Assembly: GCA_964480775.1 (NCBI GenBank)
Contig: CAYZRF010000003.1
Span: 78,534 to 110,533 of the forward strand
Direction: 5' to 3'
DNA length: 32,000 nucleotides
From: an uncultured Nitrososphaerota archaeon
GTDB lineage: Archaea > Korarchaeota > Korarchaeia > Korarchaeales > Korarchaeaceae
Made by a program: the position numbers and the translations under genes. The notes under the pieces were generated by a model. The model was not told the origin of the DNA. It searched no databases and saw only the letters and a program-made list of their open reading frames with translations. Every line of letters begins with the position of its first letter. Positions within the stretch are counted from its first letter, which is position 1. This document shows positions 8,326-17,717 of the stretch, in pieces.

Positions 8326-8573
8326 TCACTTTAATTATAGGAAGTCTGATGTATTTTTAGAACACTGCAGAATTTTTTGAAAACACTGGAATTTCATGGA
8401 ACATCTTTTTGACATAGACCCGGGGTTTTATTATCAAAAAATTAAACTATAATCTTGTTGGTCGAATGCTTGGGTGCAAACTCTAAAAATAAAAGCTTTA
8501 ACTTGAATATAGAAGAACTTAATGGAGAATTCTTTTCCTCTTTAGGAATGTTTTTTACATTTACTCCCTCATA

Positions 8574-9572
8574 TCACCTTTTTCTAATAATATTAAGGAC
8601 TTCACTAACCCTTTGCAACTCTCTTAAGGTAGGAGTGAGTTGCAACAAGACGTGATCTATCCCTACCACCTCCAACAAGTTTATTTTCTTGGCTACGGTC
8701 TCGGGCGATCCTACCAAACCCTTATCCAGTATGCGATTTATCAAATCCTTTCTTCCTTCCGTGATCCTTTCCACGTATTTCCTAGCATCTTCATCTGTCT
8801 CTCTGATGAACGCTAGGGCGGGAATAGCGAACTGTATCCTTCGTCTTCCCCTCTTCCTAAGTCGCTCCTGCATATCTACCACGTTTTTTCTTGCCTCTTC
8901 CAAGCTACAACTTTCCATCAACCAGCCATCAGTTTCATCGGCTGCGAGGTTACGAGAAGCTTCTGAGACTCCAGCATACCATATTGGTGGTCTTAGATCT
9001 GGTTTAGGTTCCAATAGACCTTCGGTTATCGAGTAGTACTTCCCTTCGTAGGTAACCTCGTCTCCTTCCCATAATCTCTTTATGATCTGAATTGCCTCCC
9101 TTGCCCTTTCAACTCTGTTATCGTGTTCATAAAACGGCAAGCCATAGGCCTCGTACTCCCTCTTAAACCAACCAGCGCCTATGCTCAGCCAAAACCTTCC
9201 CTTACTAATTTCAGCCAAGGTTACTGCTTGCTTTGCCAAAACAGCTGGGTGACGAAATGCTTCGCAAAGAGTCGTATGAGATATTATGACCCTTTCAGTC
9301 GCTTCAGCTATCGCTGTGGCAAGGGTCCAAGCCTCTAGGCAAGGTGCTCTTTCTCCTTTTATTGGATTTAACATGTGATCAGGAATCTACAAGGAATCTA
9401 TACCCATCTCTTCTGCTTGAATTGCCACCTTCTTCACGTAATTGTACGTAGGCGAATGTTCCTCCTCATCAACACCTCGAAGCCATCCACCATAAACAGG
9501 CAGGTATATCCCGATTTTAACCGTTTTTAACACCCTATCAAGCACACCCGAAGGATCAATTAAAATTAACAA
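8574..9572 (-). pseudogene. LLM-class (luciferase-like) flavin/F420-dependent oxidoreductase interrupted by one in-frame TAG
   Basis: ORFs 9387-9572 and 8574-9374 are in the same frame. The junction reads ...EEMGIDSL-TAG-IPDHMLNPIKG. LLM proteins carry G[FI]DS[LV]W[VI]xDH here, so the stop (complement of 9387-9389) replaces the conserved Trp codon (TGG to TAG). The rest matches the family (KIGIYLP start, SIGAGW, TIM-barrel length). The likely true start is GTG at 9533 (MLKTVKIGIYLP). Confidence 0.7.
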
Positions 9573-9736
9573 CCACGAAATATCTCAAAACAATTGTCTA
9601 TGCATAAATCCCCTAAATTTAGTGAAAATAAATCATCAGCACGATAGGATGATGGAATAAGAGGTCTCATCCAAATTTTCTTGAGACCATTTTTCCATTG
9701 GAAAATGAAAAATTTGTTACCCGTTTTCTCTACAAG

Positions 9737-10993
9737 ATGAAATTGTACAAAGTGAAAGATATATCGCTTGCTCCTGAGGGAAAAAAGAAGATAGATTGGG
9801 TCTCCAGATTCATGCCTGTCCTAAACAAGATAAATGAGGAATTCAAGGAAAAAAGCCCTCTAAAAGGTTTGAAGATAGCCTGTTGCCTACATCTAGAGAT
9901 GAAAACTGCTTATCTGACATTAGTTCTGAAGGCAGGCGGTGCTGAGGTCTCACTAGCTGGTAGCAACCCTCTTTCCACGAAAGACGATGTTTGCGCAGCC
10001 CTAGCCACAGAGGGGATCAGGGTTTACTCTTGGCATGGAATGACAAGGGAGGAATACTATGAGAATCTCCACAAAGCATTAGACATCGAACCAAACATAA
10101 TAATAGATGACGGGGCAGATCTTACGGCAATATTGCATAAGGAAAGGAAAGAGCTCATTCCAGATATAATGGGTGGGAGTGAGGAAACCACAAGCGGAGT
10201 GATCAGACTTAAAGCTATGGAAGCTCAAGGAGTCCTCAGATTTCCAGTAATAGCAGTGAACGACTCAAAGTGCAAGTACATGTTCGACAATAGGTACGGA
10301 ACCGGGCAATCAGCTTTCGACGGCATAATGAGGGCCACGAATCTTCTAATAGCTGGAAAAAACGTTGTAATAGTCGGCTACGGTTGGGTAGGTAGAGGCC
10401 TTGCAGTAAGAGCTAATGGTCTCGGTGCCAACGTTATAGTGACAGAAATAGATCCTATAAGAGCCTTAGAGGCTAGAATGGACGGATTCAGGGTTATGTC
10501 AATGCTGGAAGCTGCAAGAATCGGAGATGTCTTTATCACAGCGACTGGTAACATAAATGTTATCAGGAAGGAGCACTTCAAAATCATGAAAGACGGCGCT
10601 ATTCTAGCAAACGCAGGGCACTTTGACGTTGAGATAAGCAAACCTGACCTTGAATCCTTGGCTAAGGAAGTTAATAGGCCAAAAGAAAACGTTACAGAGT
10701 ACTTAATGTCAGATGGAAGGAGGATATACCTGCTCGCTGAAGGAAGGCTGGTCAACCTTGCAGCAGCAGACGGTCACCCGGCGGATATAATGGATATGAG
10801 CTTCGCTCTCCAAGCTTTAGCAGCAAAATACATAAAGGAATACTCTTCAGAGCTAGAGCCAAAAGTTTACAGACTTCCGGAGGAAATAGACAGGAGAGTC
10901 GCCGAGATAAAGCTTGAATCTATGGGAATTCAAATAGATAAGCTTACAAACGAACAAAAGGAATATCTGAAGAATTGGAAGGCTGGAACCTAG
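9737..10993 (+). CDS. ahcY: adenosylhomocysteinase (S-adenosyl-L-homocysteine hydrolase)
   Basis: Family hallmarks throughout: [45 protein letters not shown]-binding [12 protein letters not shown] and GHFDVEI. I start at ATG 9737 (MKLYKVKD) rather than the TTG at 9698 in the ORF track. Confidence 0.93.
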   Translation: MKLYKVKDISLAPEGKKKIDWVSRFMPVLNKINEEFKEKSPLKGLKIACCLHLEMKTAYLTLVLKAGGAEVSLAGSNPLSTKDDVCAALATEGIRVYSWHGMTREEYYENLHKALDIEPNIIIDDGADLTAILHKERKELIPDIMGGSEETTSGVIRLKAMEAQGVLRFPVIAVNDSKCKYMFDNRYGTGQSAFDGIMRATNLLIAGKNVVIVGYGWVGRGLAVRANGLGANVIVTEIDPIRALEARMDGFRVMSMLEAARIGDVFITATGNINVIRKEHFKIMKDGAILANAGHFDVEISKPDLESLAKEVNRPKENVTEYLMSDGRRIYLLAEGRLVNLAAADGHPADIMDMSFALQALAAKYIKEYSSELEPKVYRLPEEIDRRVAEIKLESMGIQIDKLTNEQKEYLKNWKAGT

Positions 10994-11478
10994 CAAAGGC
11001 TCTCTCTGTGACGTTGAAGGAAATTGTAAAGCTTATGAACGATCTCTTCTTGGGAAGGGACCTCAACTGCATGGGGAATCTTCCTTCTAACCTCTGAAAG
11101 AGCTTCAGAAGGAGTTAATCCATCTCTATAAACCAGGTAGCATGCAGCTATCGTACCCGTTCGCCCTATCCCGCCATAACAGTGGATTAATACGGGTTTT
11201 CCTTCAGAAACTCTCTCGGATATCCATTTAACGAGCTTCATGCACTGATCAAGGCTTGGAGCTGAAAAATCCCTAATCGGGGAGTGGTAAACATCAAATC
11301 CTAAATCCCTTAGCTCGTTTAGATAGCTTTCAATGGACTTCCAAAGAGGAGCTATCTCATGATCCTCAATTAAGACTACAATCGCTCTGATCCCAGAATT
11401 TAACCAGCGAAGAAGATCTTTTTGACCATTAGGCATTGGGGATCCAGCTATCTCTCCCTTTCTTACCCATTTGAGCAT
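10990..11478 (-). CDS. Cys-based protein tyrosine / dual-specificity phosphatase
   Basis: The P-loop [11 protein letters not shown] matches the HCxxGxxR[ST] signature. The 162-aa size is like small archaeal PTPs. Its stop overlaps the ahcY stop (CTAG at 10990-10993). Confidence 0.85.
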   Translation of the reverse strand: MLKWVRKGEIAGSPMPNGQKDLLRWLNSGIRAIVVLIEDHEIAPLWKSIESYLNELRDLGFDVYHSPIRDFSAPSLDQCMKLVKWISERVSEGKPVLIHCYGGIGRTGTIAACYLVYRDGLTPSEALSEVRRKIPHAVEVPSQEEIVHKLYNFLQRHRESLC

Positions 11479-11565
11479 TTTTCAAACCTAACGTCTGATG
11501 CTAATAAGCATCGCTAATATTGAGGCAAAGATTTTTACGCCTGTTTTTGGGAACTTGAGGTTGAA

Positions 11566-12465
11566 ATGAGGAACAGAGCAATTATCCTCCTGCTAGTGGC
11601 AAGTCTTGTGGTAAATGGTATTCAGATGTTTGTTTACATCAATGCAAGCTCAACTAATGCACAGCTACGGGACTGGGTTGTTAGGCTCAGCGAGGAAAAT
11701 CAGGCACTATCTCAACAGGTCGCTCAGCTAAACAACTCGCTTAGAGTTCTCTCCTCACAGCTCTCTTATTATAAGAAGATTGCTGAGAAATCGACCTCTG
11801 CAGGCTATGAAGGGGGAGAGACATCTACAGGAAACGCTTCTGTATCTATTGTTGCAGTACGCATGATAGGGCCTTGGTGGAGCCAAAGAATGGAAGGAGT
11901 TGTCATGAAAGCTTCTGTGCAGATAAAACCTGGAGAGGGAGGAGTATACGTTAAGACAAGCCCCTACATTGGAATAGATCTACAAAGTAGCCTAAATAAC
12001 GCCATAACTGCTGTGGAATCCATAACTAATAGATCGCTAAAAAACTTCGATGTTTTCGTGACGATTAAGGCAGAGGAGGAGGTGGAGATAGTAGATGGTC
12101 CAAGCGCAGGAGCACCTCTAGCAATCGCAATCTTGGCCTCAGTGGAAGGAAAAGTCGTCAGATCAGATGTTATGGCAACTGGAGTCATTTACCCTGATGG
12201 GACAATAGGCAGAGTAGGTGGAGTTCCTGAAAAGGCAAAAGCAGCAGCAGAAATGGGAGCAAAGGTTTTTGCAGTACCCCCAGGACAGTCTAAAGTTATC
12301 ATTATGATTCCAATAACCAAGGAGATAGCTCCTGGTTTCTTCATCACTAGATACGAGGAGAAAGTGGTCTCATTGGAGCAATACCTCAAGGAGAACGGCT
12401 ACGACTTGAAGGTCGTGGAGGTCTCAACCCTTAGAGAACTCTCAGATCTGATGATATCTGGATGA
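11566..12465 (+). CDS. membrane-anchored Lon-like (S16) serine protease domain protein
   Basis: N-terminal TM helix (AIILLLVASLVVNGIQMFVYI) followed by a coiled-coil-like segment. The Lon proteolytic domain shows the catalytic Ser context VDGPSAGAPLAIAILAS and the Lys context GGVPEKAKAAAEMGAK. Confidence 0.8.
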   Translation: MRNRAIILLLVASLVVNGIQMFVYINASSTNAQLRDWVVRLSEENQALSQQVAQLNNSLRVLSSQLSYYKKIAEKSTSAGYEGGETSTGNASVSIVAVRMIGPWWSQRMEGVVMKASVQIKPGEGGVYVKTSPYIGIDLQSSLNNAITAVESITNRSLKNFDVFVTIKAEEEVEIVDGPSAGAPLAIAILASVEGKVVRSDVMATGVIYPDGTIGRVGGVPEKAKAAAEMGAKVFAVPPGQSKVIIMIPITKEIAPGFFITRYEEKVVSLEQYLKENGYDLKVVEVSTLRELSDLMISG

Positions 12466-12469
12466 TTTT

Positions 12470-12988
12470 CTATTCTTTTCTCTTAGAAGCCCACAGAATA
12501 GCCGAGATGGTTTTTAGATCTCTTATCTTTCCTTTTTTTACCATTTCAAAGGCTTCAGACAAATCCACCCAGATGGCTTGCGTTATCTCATCTTCCTCAG
12601 GAGAGAAAGTCCCTTTTTGAAGCTCTTCAGCTAAAAAGAAAAAGAGCAGTTCGTTACTATACCCAGGGGCCACGTAGGCACGGAATATCTCCTTAACCTT
12701 TCCTGGCTTGTATCCTGTTTCTTCCTCTAATTCTCTCTTTGCGCAGTCTTCTGGACTTTCACCTATTTCCAAGGTTCCAGCCGGAATCTCCAGTAACCAC
12801 TCTCTCACTGAATGTCTGTATTGCCTAATCAAAAGTATCTTTCCATGTTGAAGAGAAATTATAGCAACAGCTCCAGGATGGTTCACAAATTCTCTTTTGA
12901 TCCTTTTACCAGTCGGAGTCTCAAGCTGAGATACCCTCAAATCAAATACTTTACCGTAATATACCGTTTTTTCCTCTAGAATTTTCAT
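12470..12988 (-). CDS. NUDIX hydrolase (ADP-ribose pyrophosphatase-like)
   Basis: Nudix box GTLEIGESPEDCAKRELEEETGY (GX5EX7REUXEEXGU). I prefer ATG 12988 (MKILEEK) to the TTG at 13003, which would overlap the upstream gene. Confidence 0.85.
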   Translation of the reverse strand: MKILEEKTVYYGKVFDLRVSQLETPTGKRIKREFVNHPGAVAIISLQHGKILLIRQYRHSVREWLLEIPAGTLEIGESPEDCAKRELEEETGYKPGKVKEIFRAYVAPGYSNELLFFFLAEELQKGTFSPEEDEITQAIWVDLSEAFEMVKKGKIRDLKTISAILWASKRKE

Positions 12989-12989
12989 T

Positions 12990-13916
12990 CTAAATACCCC
13001 CAAACTTCATGGACTGAAACTCCCCTAACTGCCTACTACCTGACACTAAAGTTAGATGGGAACCATCGCACGAAACACCTTTAGAATGGAGTGCAGGCAT
13101 TCCCTCTCTACAAGTTGCAAAAGTCATGCCAGCTTCCTCAACCATGGCCCTTACTCTTTCTAATATGCTTCTTCTCAGCCTGTACGGAAGATAAATATAG
13201 CCTCCTATCTTCTCTCCCTTGCTATAAAGTTCCTTAATCCAGTTAAGCTCTGGAAAAGAGGAAAGGATTCTCTTGATGCTATCTACTCTAGCCTTGTAGG
13301 TAGAGGAGACAACATGTAACACCCCAGCCTTCCTAGCTCTGTTTACCACCTCTGATATGATTTCATCAGAGTCGTTTAGGCCAGGTATTATTGGATCGAA
13401 CCTTAAGATGGTTGGAATTCCAGCTGAAGATGTCCTTTGAAGTGCTTTCATCCTATCCTTAGGAGAAGGAGCTCCCGGCTCCAGCAACATTGCAATATTC
13501 TCATCCATGGTAGTTACAGTGATAGAGACAGCTGAGGCTCCCTTTGAAAGTATATCTAGGTCACGCACAACGAGGTCAGACTTAGTGACGATCAAGACCC
13601 TTAAGCCAAAGTCGATAAGTAATTTTAGTGCAGCTCTACTTAACTCAAGCTCATTCTCAGGTGGAGTGTAAGGATCCGAACTGTTGCTGATCGAAACAAG
13701 ATATCCAGGTTTAACTTTCTTAAGATCCATTGTTAGCTTCTTAAGGAAATCCTTCTTGGGTCTCGGCTTGAAAGGATTCCTAATATAGGCACTTATATAG
13801 CAGTAAAGGCAAGAGTGTCCGCATCCAGTGTAAGGGCTAAGAGAGTACTTGATTGGACACGTACAAAGGCTTCCACGCCAAGGATCGAATCTTCTAAGAA
13901 CCCTGCCTTCTATCAT
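12990..13916 (-). CDS. radical SAM protein (SPL/SplB-like, DNA-repair-photolyase COG type)
   Basis: CxxxCxxC cluster motif in SPYTGCGHSCLYCYISAY, with overall TIM-barrel-like length (308 aa). The stop lies 1 nt from the NUDIX start, so the two probably form an operon. Confidence 0.85.
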   Translation of the reverse strand: MIEGRVLRRFDPWRGSLCTCPIKYSLSPYTGCGHSCLYCYISAYIRNPFKPRPKKDFLKKLTMDLKKVKPGYLVSISNSSDPYTPPENELELSRAALKLLIDFGLRVLIVTKSDLVVRDLDILSKGASAVSITVTTMDENIAMLLEPGAPSPKDRMKALQRTSSAGIPTILRFDPIIPGLNDSDEIISEVVNRARKAGVLHVVSSTYKARVDSIKRILSSFPELNWIKELYSKGEKIGGYIYLPYRLRRSILERVRAMVEEAGMTFATCREGMPALHSKGVSCDGSHLTLVSGSRQLGEFQSMKFGGI

Positions 13917-14007
13917 CTTTTGGAAAAATAGGTAATGGGCAATAAAACATTACTTGAATGTAAGAAACTCTCCTAACTACCATACTTGTAATCTCTTAGC
14001 CTTATTC

Positions 14008-14232
14008 CTACCTACTTTTTCTTATTTCTTCTATTATTTCCTCACATTTGTCGGCATACTCGCACCACTGAAGACATGATTGTACTTTCCTGGATACCTT
14101 TGCTCCACAGTTTTCACAAACAGTTTCATCCTCATCAGTCCATATTTCCACTTCTCCACCGCAGTTAGGGCATTTTATGTACTCTGGTTTAGGCCTTAGG
14201 AAGTTGTCTAGTCCAGGACATGTCGACCCCAT
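14008..14232 (-). CDS. small Cys-rich zinc-ribbon protein (8 Cys)
   Basis: CPNCGGEVEIW...VCENCGAKV is a classic CxxC-x14-CxxC ribbon. There are four further Cys (STCPG, SCLQWCEYADKC). The likely ATG start is at 14232, the second Met of the track ORF. It is divergent from the HTH gene. Confidence 0.6.
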   Translation of the reverse strand: MGSTCPGLDNFLRPKPEYIKCPNCGGEVEIWTDEDETVCENCGAKVSRKVQSCLQWCEYADKCEEIIEEIRKSR

Positions 14233-14235
14233 CAA

Positions 14236-14697
14236 ATGTCATATATAACTATCGTAATAACAATTATATTTATCGTTTTTCATACTAACGTTGGGGGATC
14301 TCAACTGCTAATTCCATGTGAAGTTGCAGTAAAATGTGTACTACCTGTCATAAGAGCAATGATTGCCAAAAGACTAGTCAAGGACTATGGTCTGAAGCAG
14401 GTTGAAGCTGCAAATCTTCTCGGAGTAAGTCAACCGGCCATAAGTCTTTACAGCAGGAAGCTCAGAGGAAGAGCAATAGACCTAGAGGGCGAGAAAGATA
14501 TATCGACAATGGTAGATGAAATAGCTAGCTCTCTCGCTAACAAACAGATATCTTACAAGGATTTCATCATAAGATTCTGCGACGTTTGTAGGGCTGTTAG
14601 AAGAAAAGGCCTTATGTGCGAGCTACATCGTGCTTTTGATAAGAGCATAGACATAGAGGAATGCAAGCTATGCGCAGCCATAGCTTCGATGTGCTAA
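14236..14697 (+). CDS. HTH transcriptional regulator with Cys-rich C-terminal (metal/Fe-S?) domain
   Basis: Helix-turn-helix segment GLKQVEAANLLGVSQPAISLYSRKLRG. C-terminal Cys/His pattern FCDVCRAV-x8-CELH...EECKLCAAIASMC. The first ~20 residues of the track ORF (MSYITIVITIIFIVF) overlap TATA-like sequence and may not be translated, so the true start is uncertain. Confidence 0.65.
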   Translation: MSYITIVITIIFIVFHTNVGGSQLLIPCEVAVKCVLPVIRAMIAKRLVKDYGLKQVEAANLLGVSQPAISLYSRKLRGRAIDLEGEKDISTMVDEIASSLANKQISYKDFIIRFCDVCRAVRRKGLMCELHRAFDKSIDIEECKLCAAIASMC

Positions 14698-14830
14698 CAA
14701 GTTCTAAAATCTCTTAGTTTCCCTGTTATCAAATAAATGTTAAAATCTGGAAAAGAGAACTATTTTCAGTTGAGATATAGGATAAGTGATATTCTAGAAT
14801 TTAAGTAATTACGGTGTTGTTCTTATCGGA

Positions 14831-16699
14831 ATGTTCGGATACTGTGGTAAGATACTGAGGGTAGACCTTTCTAATGGTAAAACTTGGATTGAAGAACCAG
14901 AAGAGAAGTTTTATCGCTATTACATAGGCGGAAGGGGTTTCATATCCTATTACCTTCTGAAGGAAACAAACCCCAAAACGGACCCGCTCGGTCCAGAAAA
15001 CCTCTTAATATTTGCTTTAGGAGCAGTCACAGGAAATCCAATTCCAGGAGCCGGAAGACACAGCGTGGGAGCCCTATCACCATTAACAGGCGGATATGGG
15101 GAGGCCGAAGCAGGTGGGTACTGGGGAGCCGAGCTTAAAAGGGCTGGCTTTGACGCTGTAATAATAAAAGGAGCTTCTGAGAAGCCCGTCTACCTTTGGA
15201 TTCAAGATGGAAAGGTTGAGATAAGGAATGCCTCTCATCTATGGGGAAAGGAGACAAAGGAAACTCAAGAATCGATTAGAAAGGAGTTAGGTGATGAGGG
15301 AGTTAGAATAGCCTGCATAGGGCCTGCAGGAGAGAAGCTAGTAAGGTTTGCCTGCGTGATGCATGATATAACCAGAGCGGCGGGAAGAGCTGGCCTTGGA
15401 GCCGTTATGGGATCGAAGAAGCTGAAAGCAGTGGCAGTAAGGGGATCTAAGCCTCCAAAGGTGGCTAATCCAGGGAAGCTCAGAGAGATGTCTAAATGGC
15501 TCGCTCAAAACGTTGAAAACCTCGTGAGAAACCTTCATCTCTATGGAACTGGTGCAGCTATGGACATAGGATTGCAAACGGGCAATCTACCAATAAACAA
15601 CTTCAGAGGAGATCCTTTTCCAAACGTTATGGAGATAGACGCTAGGACTCTAAAAAAGAAGTATGGAGTCAAAATGGATACTTGTTTTGCCTGCCCAGTG
15701 GCCTGTAAGAAGGTTGTAAAGATAGATGAACCTTGGAACGTAGATCCAGCTTATGGGGGGCCAGAGTACGAAACTCTTGCATCATTAGGATCTGATTGTG
15801 GAATTGACAACCTAGAAGCGATATGTAGGGCCAATCAGCTTTGCAATGCTTACGGAATGGATACTATTTCCGTAGGAGCTACGATTGCTTTTGCAATGGA
15901 GTGCTACGAGAATGGAATACTAACAAAAGAGGATACTGGGGGCTTGGAACTTTCCTTCGGGAACGCTGATGCAATGGTAAAGATGGTTGAAATGATAGGT
16001 GACAGAAAAGGAATTGGTGACCTCTTGGCCGAAGGATCAAAAAGAGCCGCTGAAAAACTTGGAAGAGGAGCAGAGAAGTTTGCAATCCACGTAAAGGGAC
16101 AGGAAGTTCCGATGCATGAGCCAAGATTGAAGAAAGGACTTGGATTAGGATATGCCGTATCTCCAACTGGAGCTGATCATTGCCACAACATGCACGACAC
16201 GATCCTTAACCTTGAAAGGATAACAGACGAGTTGAAATCCCTTGGCATAACTGAAATACCACCTGTAGAGGATTTAGGTCCTCAAAAGGTCAGAACATTC
16301 TACTACTACGTAAATTACCGCGTGCTAAATAATGTGCTGCCAATATGCCTCTTCATGCCATTTAACGTCATTCATAAGGTAGAGATGGTCAGAGCTATCA
16401 CTGGATGGAATACAACGGCTTGGGAACTACTCAAAGTAGCTGAAAGGGCAACAACTCTGACCAGAGTAATCAACGTTATGAGAGGGTTCAAATCTGATGA
16501 CGACTGGCTTCCTGAGAGGTTCTTCCAGCCACATAGAAGTGGTGCTCTCTCAAGAACGGCTTTGGACCCAGTTCAGCTGAAAAAGGCCATAAAACTGTAT
16601 TATTTGATGATGGGCTGGGACGAAAACGGGGTTCCAAAAGAAGAGAAGCTTCAAGAACTAGATGTTGCGTGGGCGATGGAAAAAATCCCTACAAAGTAA
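14831..16699 (+). CDS. aldehyde:ferredoxin oxidoreductase family enzyme (tungstopterin, [4Fe-4S])
   Basis: N-terminal GKILRVDLSNGK...YIGGRG, the EAEAGGYWG motif, DTCFACPVACKK cluster cysteines, and a 622-aa length typical of AOR/FOR/WOR members. The subfamily cannot be resolved by eye. Confidence 0.93.
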   Translation: MFGYCGKILRVDLSNGKTWIEEPEEKFYRYYIGGRGFISYYLLKETNPKTDPLGPENLLIFALGAVTGNPIPGAGRHSVGALSPLTGGYGEAEAGGYWGAELKRAGFDAVIIKGASEKPVYLWIQDGKVEIRNASHLWGKETKETQESIRKELGDEGVRIACIGPAGEKLVRFACVMHDITRAAGRAGLGAVMGSKKLKAVAVRGSKPPKVANPGKLREMSKWLAQNVENLVRNLHLYGTGAAMDIGLQTGNLPINNFRGDPFPNVMEIDARTLKKKYGVKMDTCFACPVACKKVVKIDEPWNVDPAYGGPEYETLASLGSDCGIDNLEAICRANQLCNAYGMDTISVGATIAFAMECYENGILTKEDTGGLELSFGNADAMVKMVEMIGDRKGIGDLLAEGSKRAAEKLGRGAEKFAIHVKGQEVPMHEPRLKKGLGLGYAVSPTGADHCHNMHDTILNLERITDELKSLGITEIPPVEDLGPQKVRTFYYYVNYRVLNNVLPICLFMPFNVIHKVEMVRAITGWNTTAWELLKVAERATTLTRVINVMRGFKSDDDWLPERFFQPHRSGALSRTALDPVQLKKAIKLYYLMMGWDENGVPKEEKLQELDVAWAMEKIPTK

Positions 16700-16717
16700 A
16701 AAGAAAAAGAGTGGGAG

Positions 16718-17104
16718 TCAAGAAGCCTCTTCTTTAATCCAAAGTCCATGGATGTTACAATATTCTTTGACCACTAATCGTTTCTCTTTTATTTCAAACC
16801 CGGCTTCTGGCTTGTCTCCAGGCTTCAAAAACTTTCTGAGGACGTTACCATTCGCAATTACTTCAATCCATTCTATGTAGTGTTTTTCTTCCATTGGGTG
16901 TGGTATCGAACCGATTTTCACCTTTACTCCTGTCTCAGTCCTTTCGACTACTGGAACGTGCTTTTCCTTCCCAACATCTTCTTTCTTTTCTTCAAGAAGT
17001 TCCATGGGCTGACCGCAACAAACAAGAGTTCCAATTCCCGTGTGCAGAACCTCGACTATGTTTCCACAGATGTTACATCTATATACCTGAAGGAGTTCAG
17101 TCAT
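16718..17104 (-). CDS. dfx: desulfoferrodoxin (2Fe superoxide reductase)
   Basis: N-terminal desulforedoxin-like centre I ([12 protein letters not shown]...LVCCGQPM), followed by the SOR centre II domain (KEKHVPVVE..., [23 protein letters not shown]). Length 128 aa. Confidence 0.9.
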   Translation of the reverse strand: MTELLQVYRCNICGNIVEVLHTGIGTLVCCGQPMELLEEKKEDVGKEKHVPVVERTETGVKVKIGSIPHPMEEKHYIEWIEVIANGNVLRKFLKPGDKPEAGFEIKEKRLVVKEYCNIHGLWIKEEAS

Positions 17105-17134
17105 AAGCTACTACCTCCCAAATCTCTTTGCTGA

Positions 17135-17554
17135 TTATATATCCTCAAGCAGGCTCGTGAAGAAGTCGTGATGTTCTTCTTCATCTTCCAATATCTTCCT
17201 AAAGAGCCTGCCAGTCGTAATATCATCCTCTTTCCTTGCAACTTCAATTATTCTCCTATACAAATCTATAGCCGTCTCCTCATCCTTTTTATCTCGCTCT
17301 ATCATCTCCTTCAAACTTTCCCCAATAAAGATAGGATCTGGCTTCGTAGTTGGGGACCCGCCAAAATATGCCAATCTCTCAGCAATTGCTTCTGCATGCT
17401 TCATCTCCTCTATAGCTATGTTTTTTAGCTCTTCTTTTACTGCAAAGCCCCTAACTCCCTTCCACATGACGTGTTGCCACATGTACTGTATGGCAACTTG
17501 AAGTTCTCTTGCGATGGCTTTGTTCAGCAACTCCATTAATTCTTCAGAAACCAT
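17135..17554 (-). CDS. bacterioferritin/Dps-like ferritin-fold protein
   Basis: Four-helix-bundle di-iron ligand pattern (ARELQVAIQYMWQH, EEMKHAEAIAERL, DEETAIDLY, LEDEEEHHDFF). The 139-aa gene lies 30 nt upstream of dfx on the same strand, so they probably form an operon. Confidence 0.8.
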   Translation of the reverse strand: MVSEELMELLNKAIARELQVAIQYMWQHVMWKGVRGFAVKEELKNIAIEEMKHAEAIAERLAYFGGSPTTKPDPIFIGESLKEMIERDKKDEETAIDLYRRIIEVARKEDDITTGRLFRKILEDEEEHHDFFTSLLEDI

Positions 17555-17560
17555 TACATC

Positions 17561-17580
17561 ACCTTTGTTATAACAAAGGT
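17561..17580 (-). promoter_or_regulatory. 20-bp perfect palindrome ACCTTTGTTATAACAAAGGT abutting the RBS of the ferritin-like/dfx operon
   Basis: Read directly. On the minus strand it runs into AAAGGTGATGTA-ATG, so one arm overlaps the GGTGAT Shine-Dalgarno, 6 nt from the ATG at 17554. It is either a candidate operator or an SD-sequestering hairpin. Confidence 0.5.
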
Positions 17581-17670
17581 TATCAAAATTAAACTTAATG
17601 GTTCGGGATTTTATCTGGAAGTCATAACATTTTATCTGCTCTATGAAAAGAAGCTTTGAACCATTTTTTC

Positions 17671-17704
17671 AAAAAAAGGTGGGGGTGAGGGTTTTTGAAC
17701 CCTC
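17671..17704 (-). terminator. hairpin plus T7 run downstream of the peroxiredoxin gene
   Basis: The minus strand reads GAGGGTTCAAAAACCCTC (7-bp stem, 17687-17704), then ACCCCCACC and TTTTTTT (17671-17677). It begins 13 nt after the prx stop. Confidence 0.5.
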
Positions 17705-17717
17705 GCGATTTGTTTAT

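Noticed and set aside
9387-9389. In-frame TAG as pyrrolysine
   Set aside because: No pyl genes or PYLIS-like context are visible in the window. The position aligns with a conserved Trp, so a TGG to TAG point change is the simpler explanation.
16880-17428. Several 70-86-aa plus-strand ORFs opposite the dfx and ferritin-like genes
   Set aside because: They are antisense to genes with unambiguous family motifs. Their composition is low-complexity and Phe/Leu-rich, which is typical of shadow ORFs.
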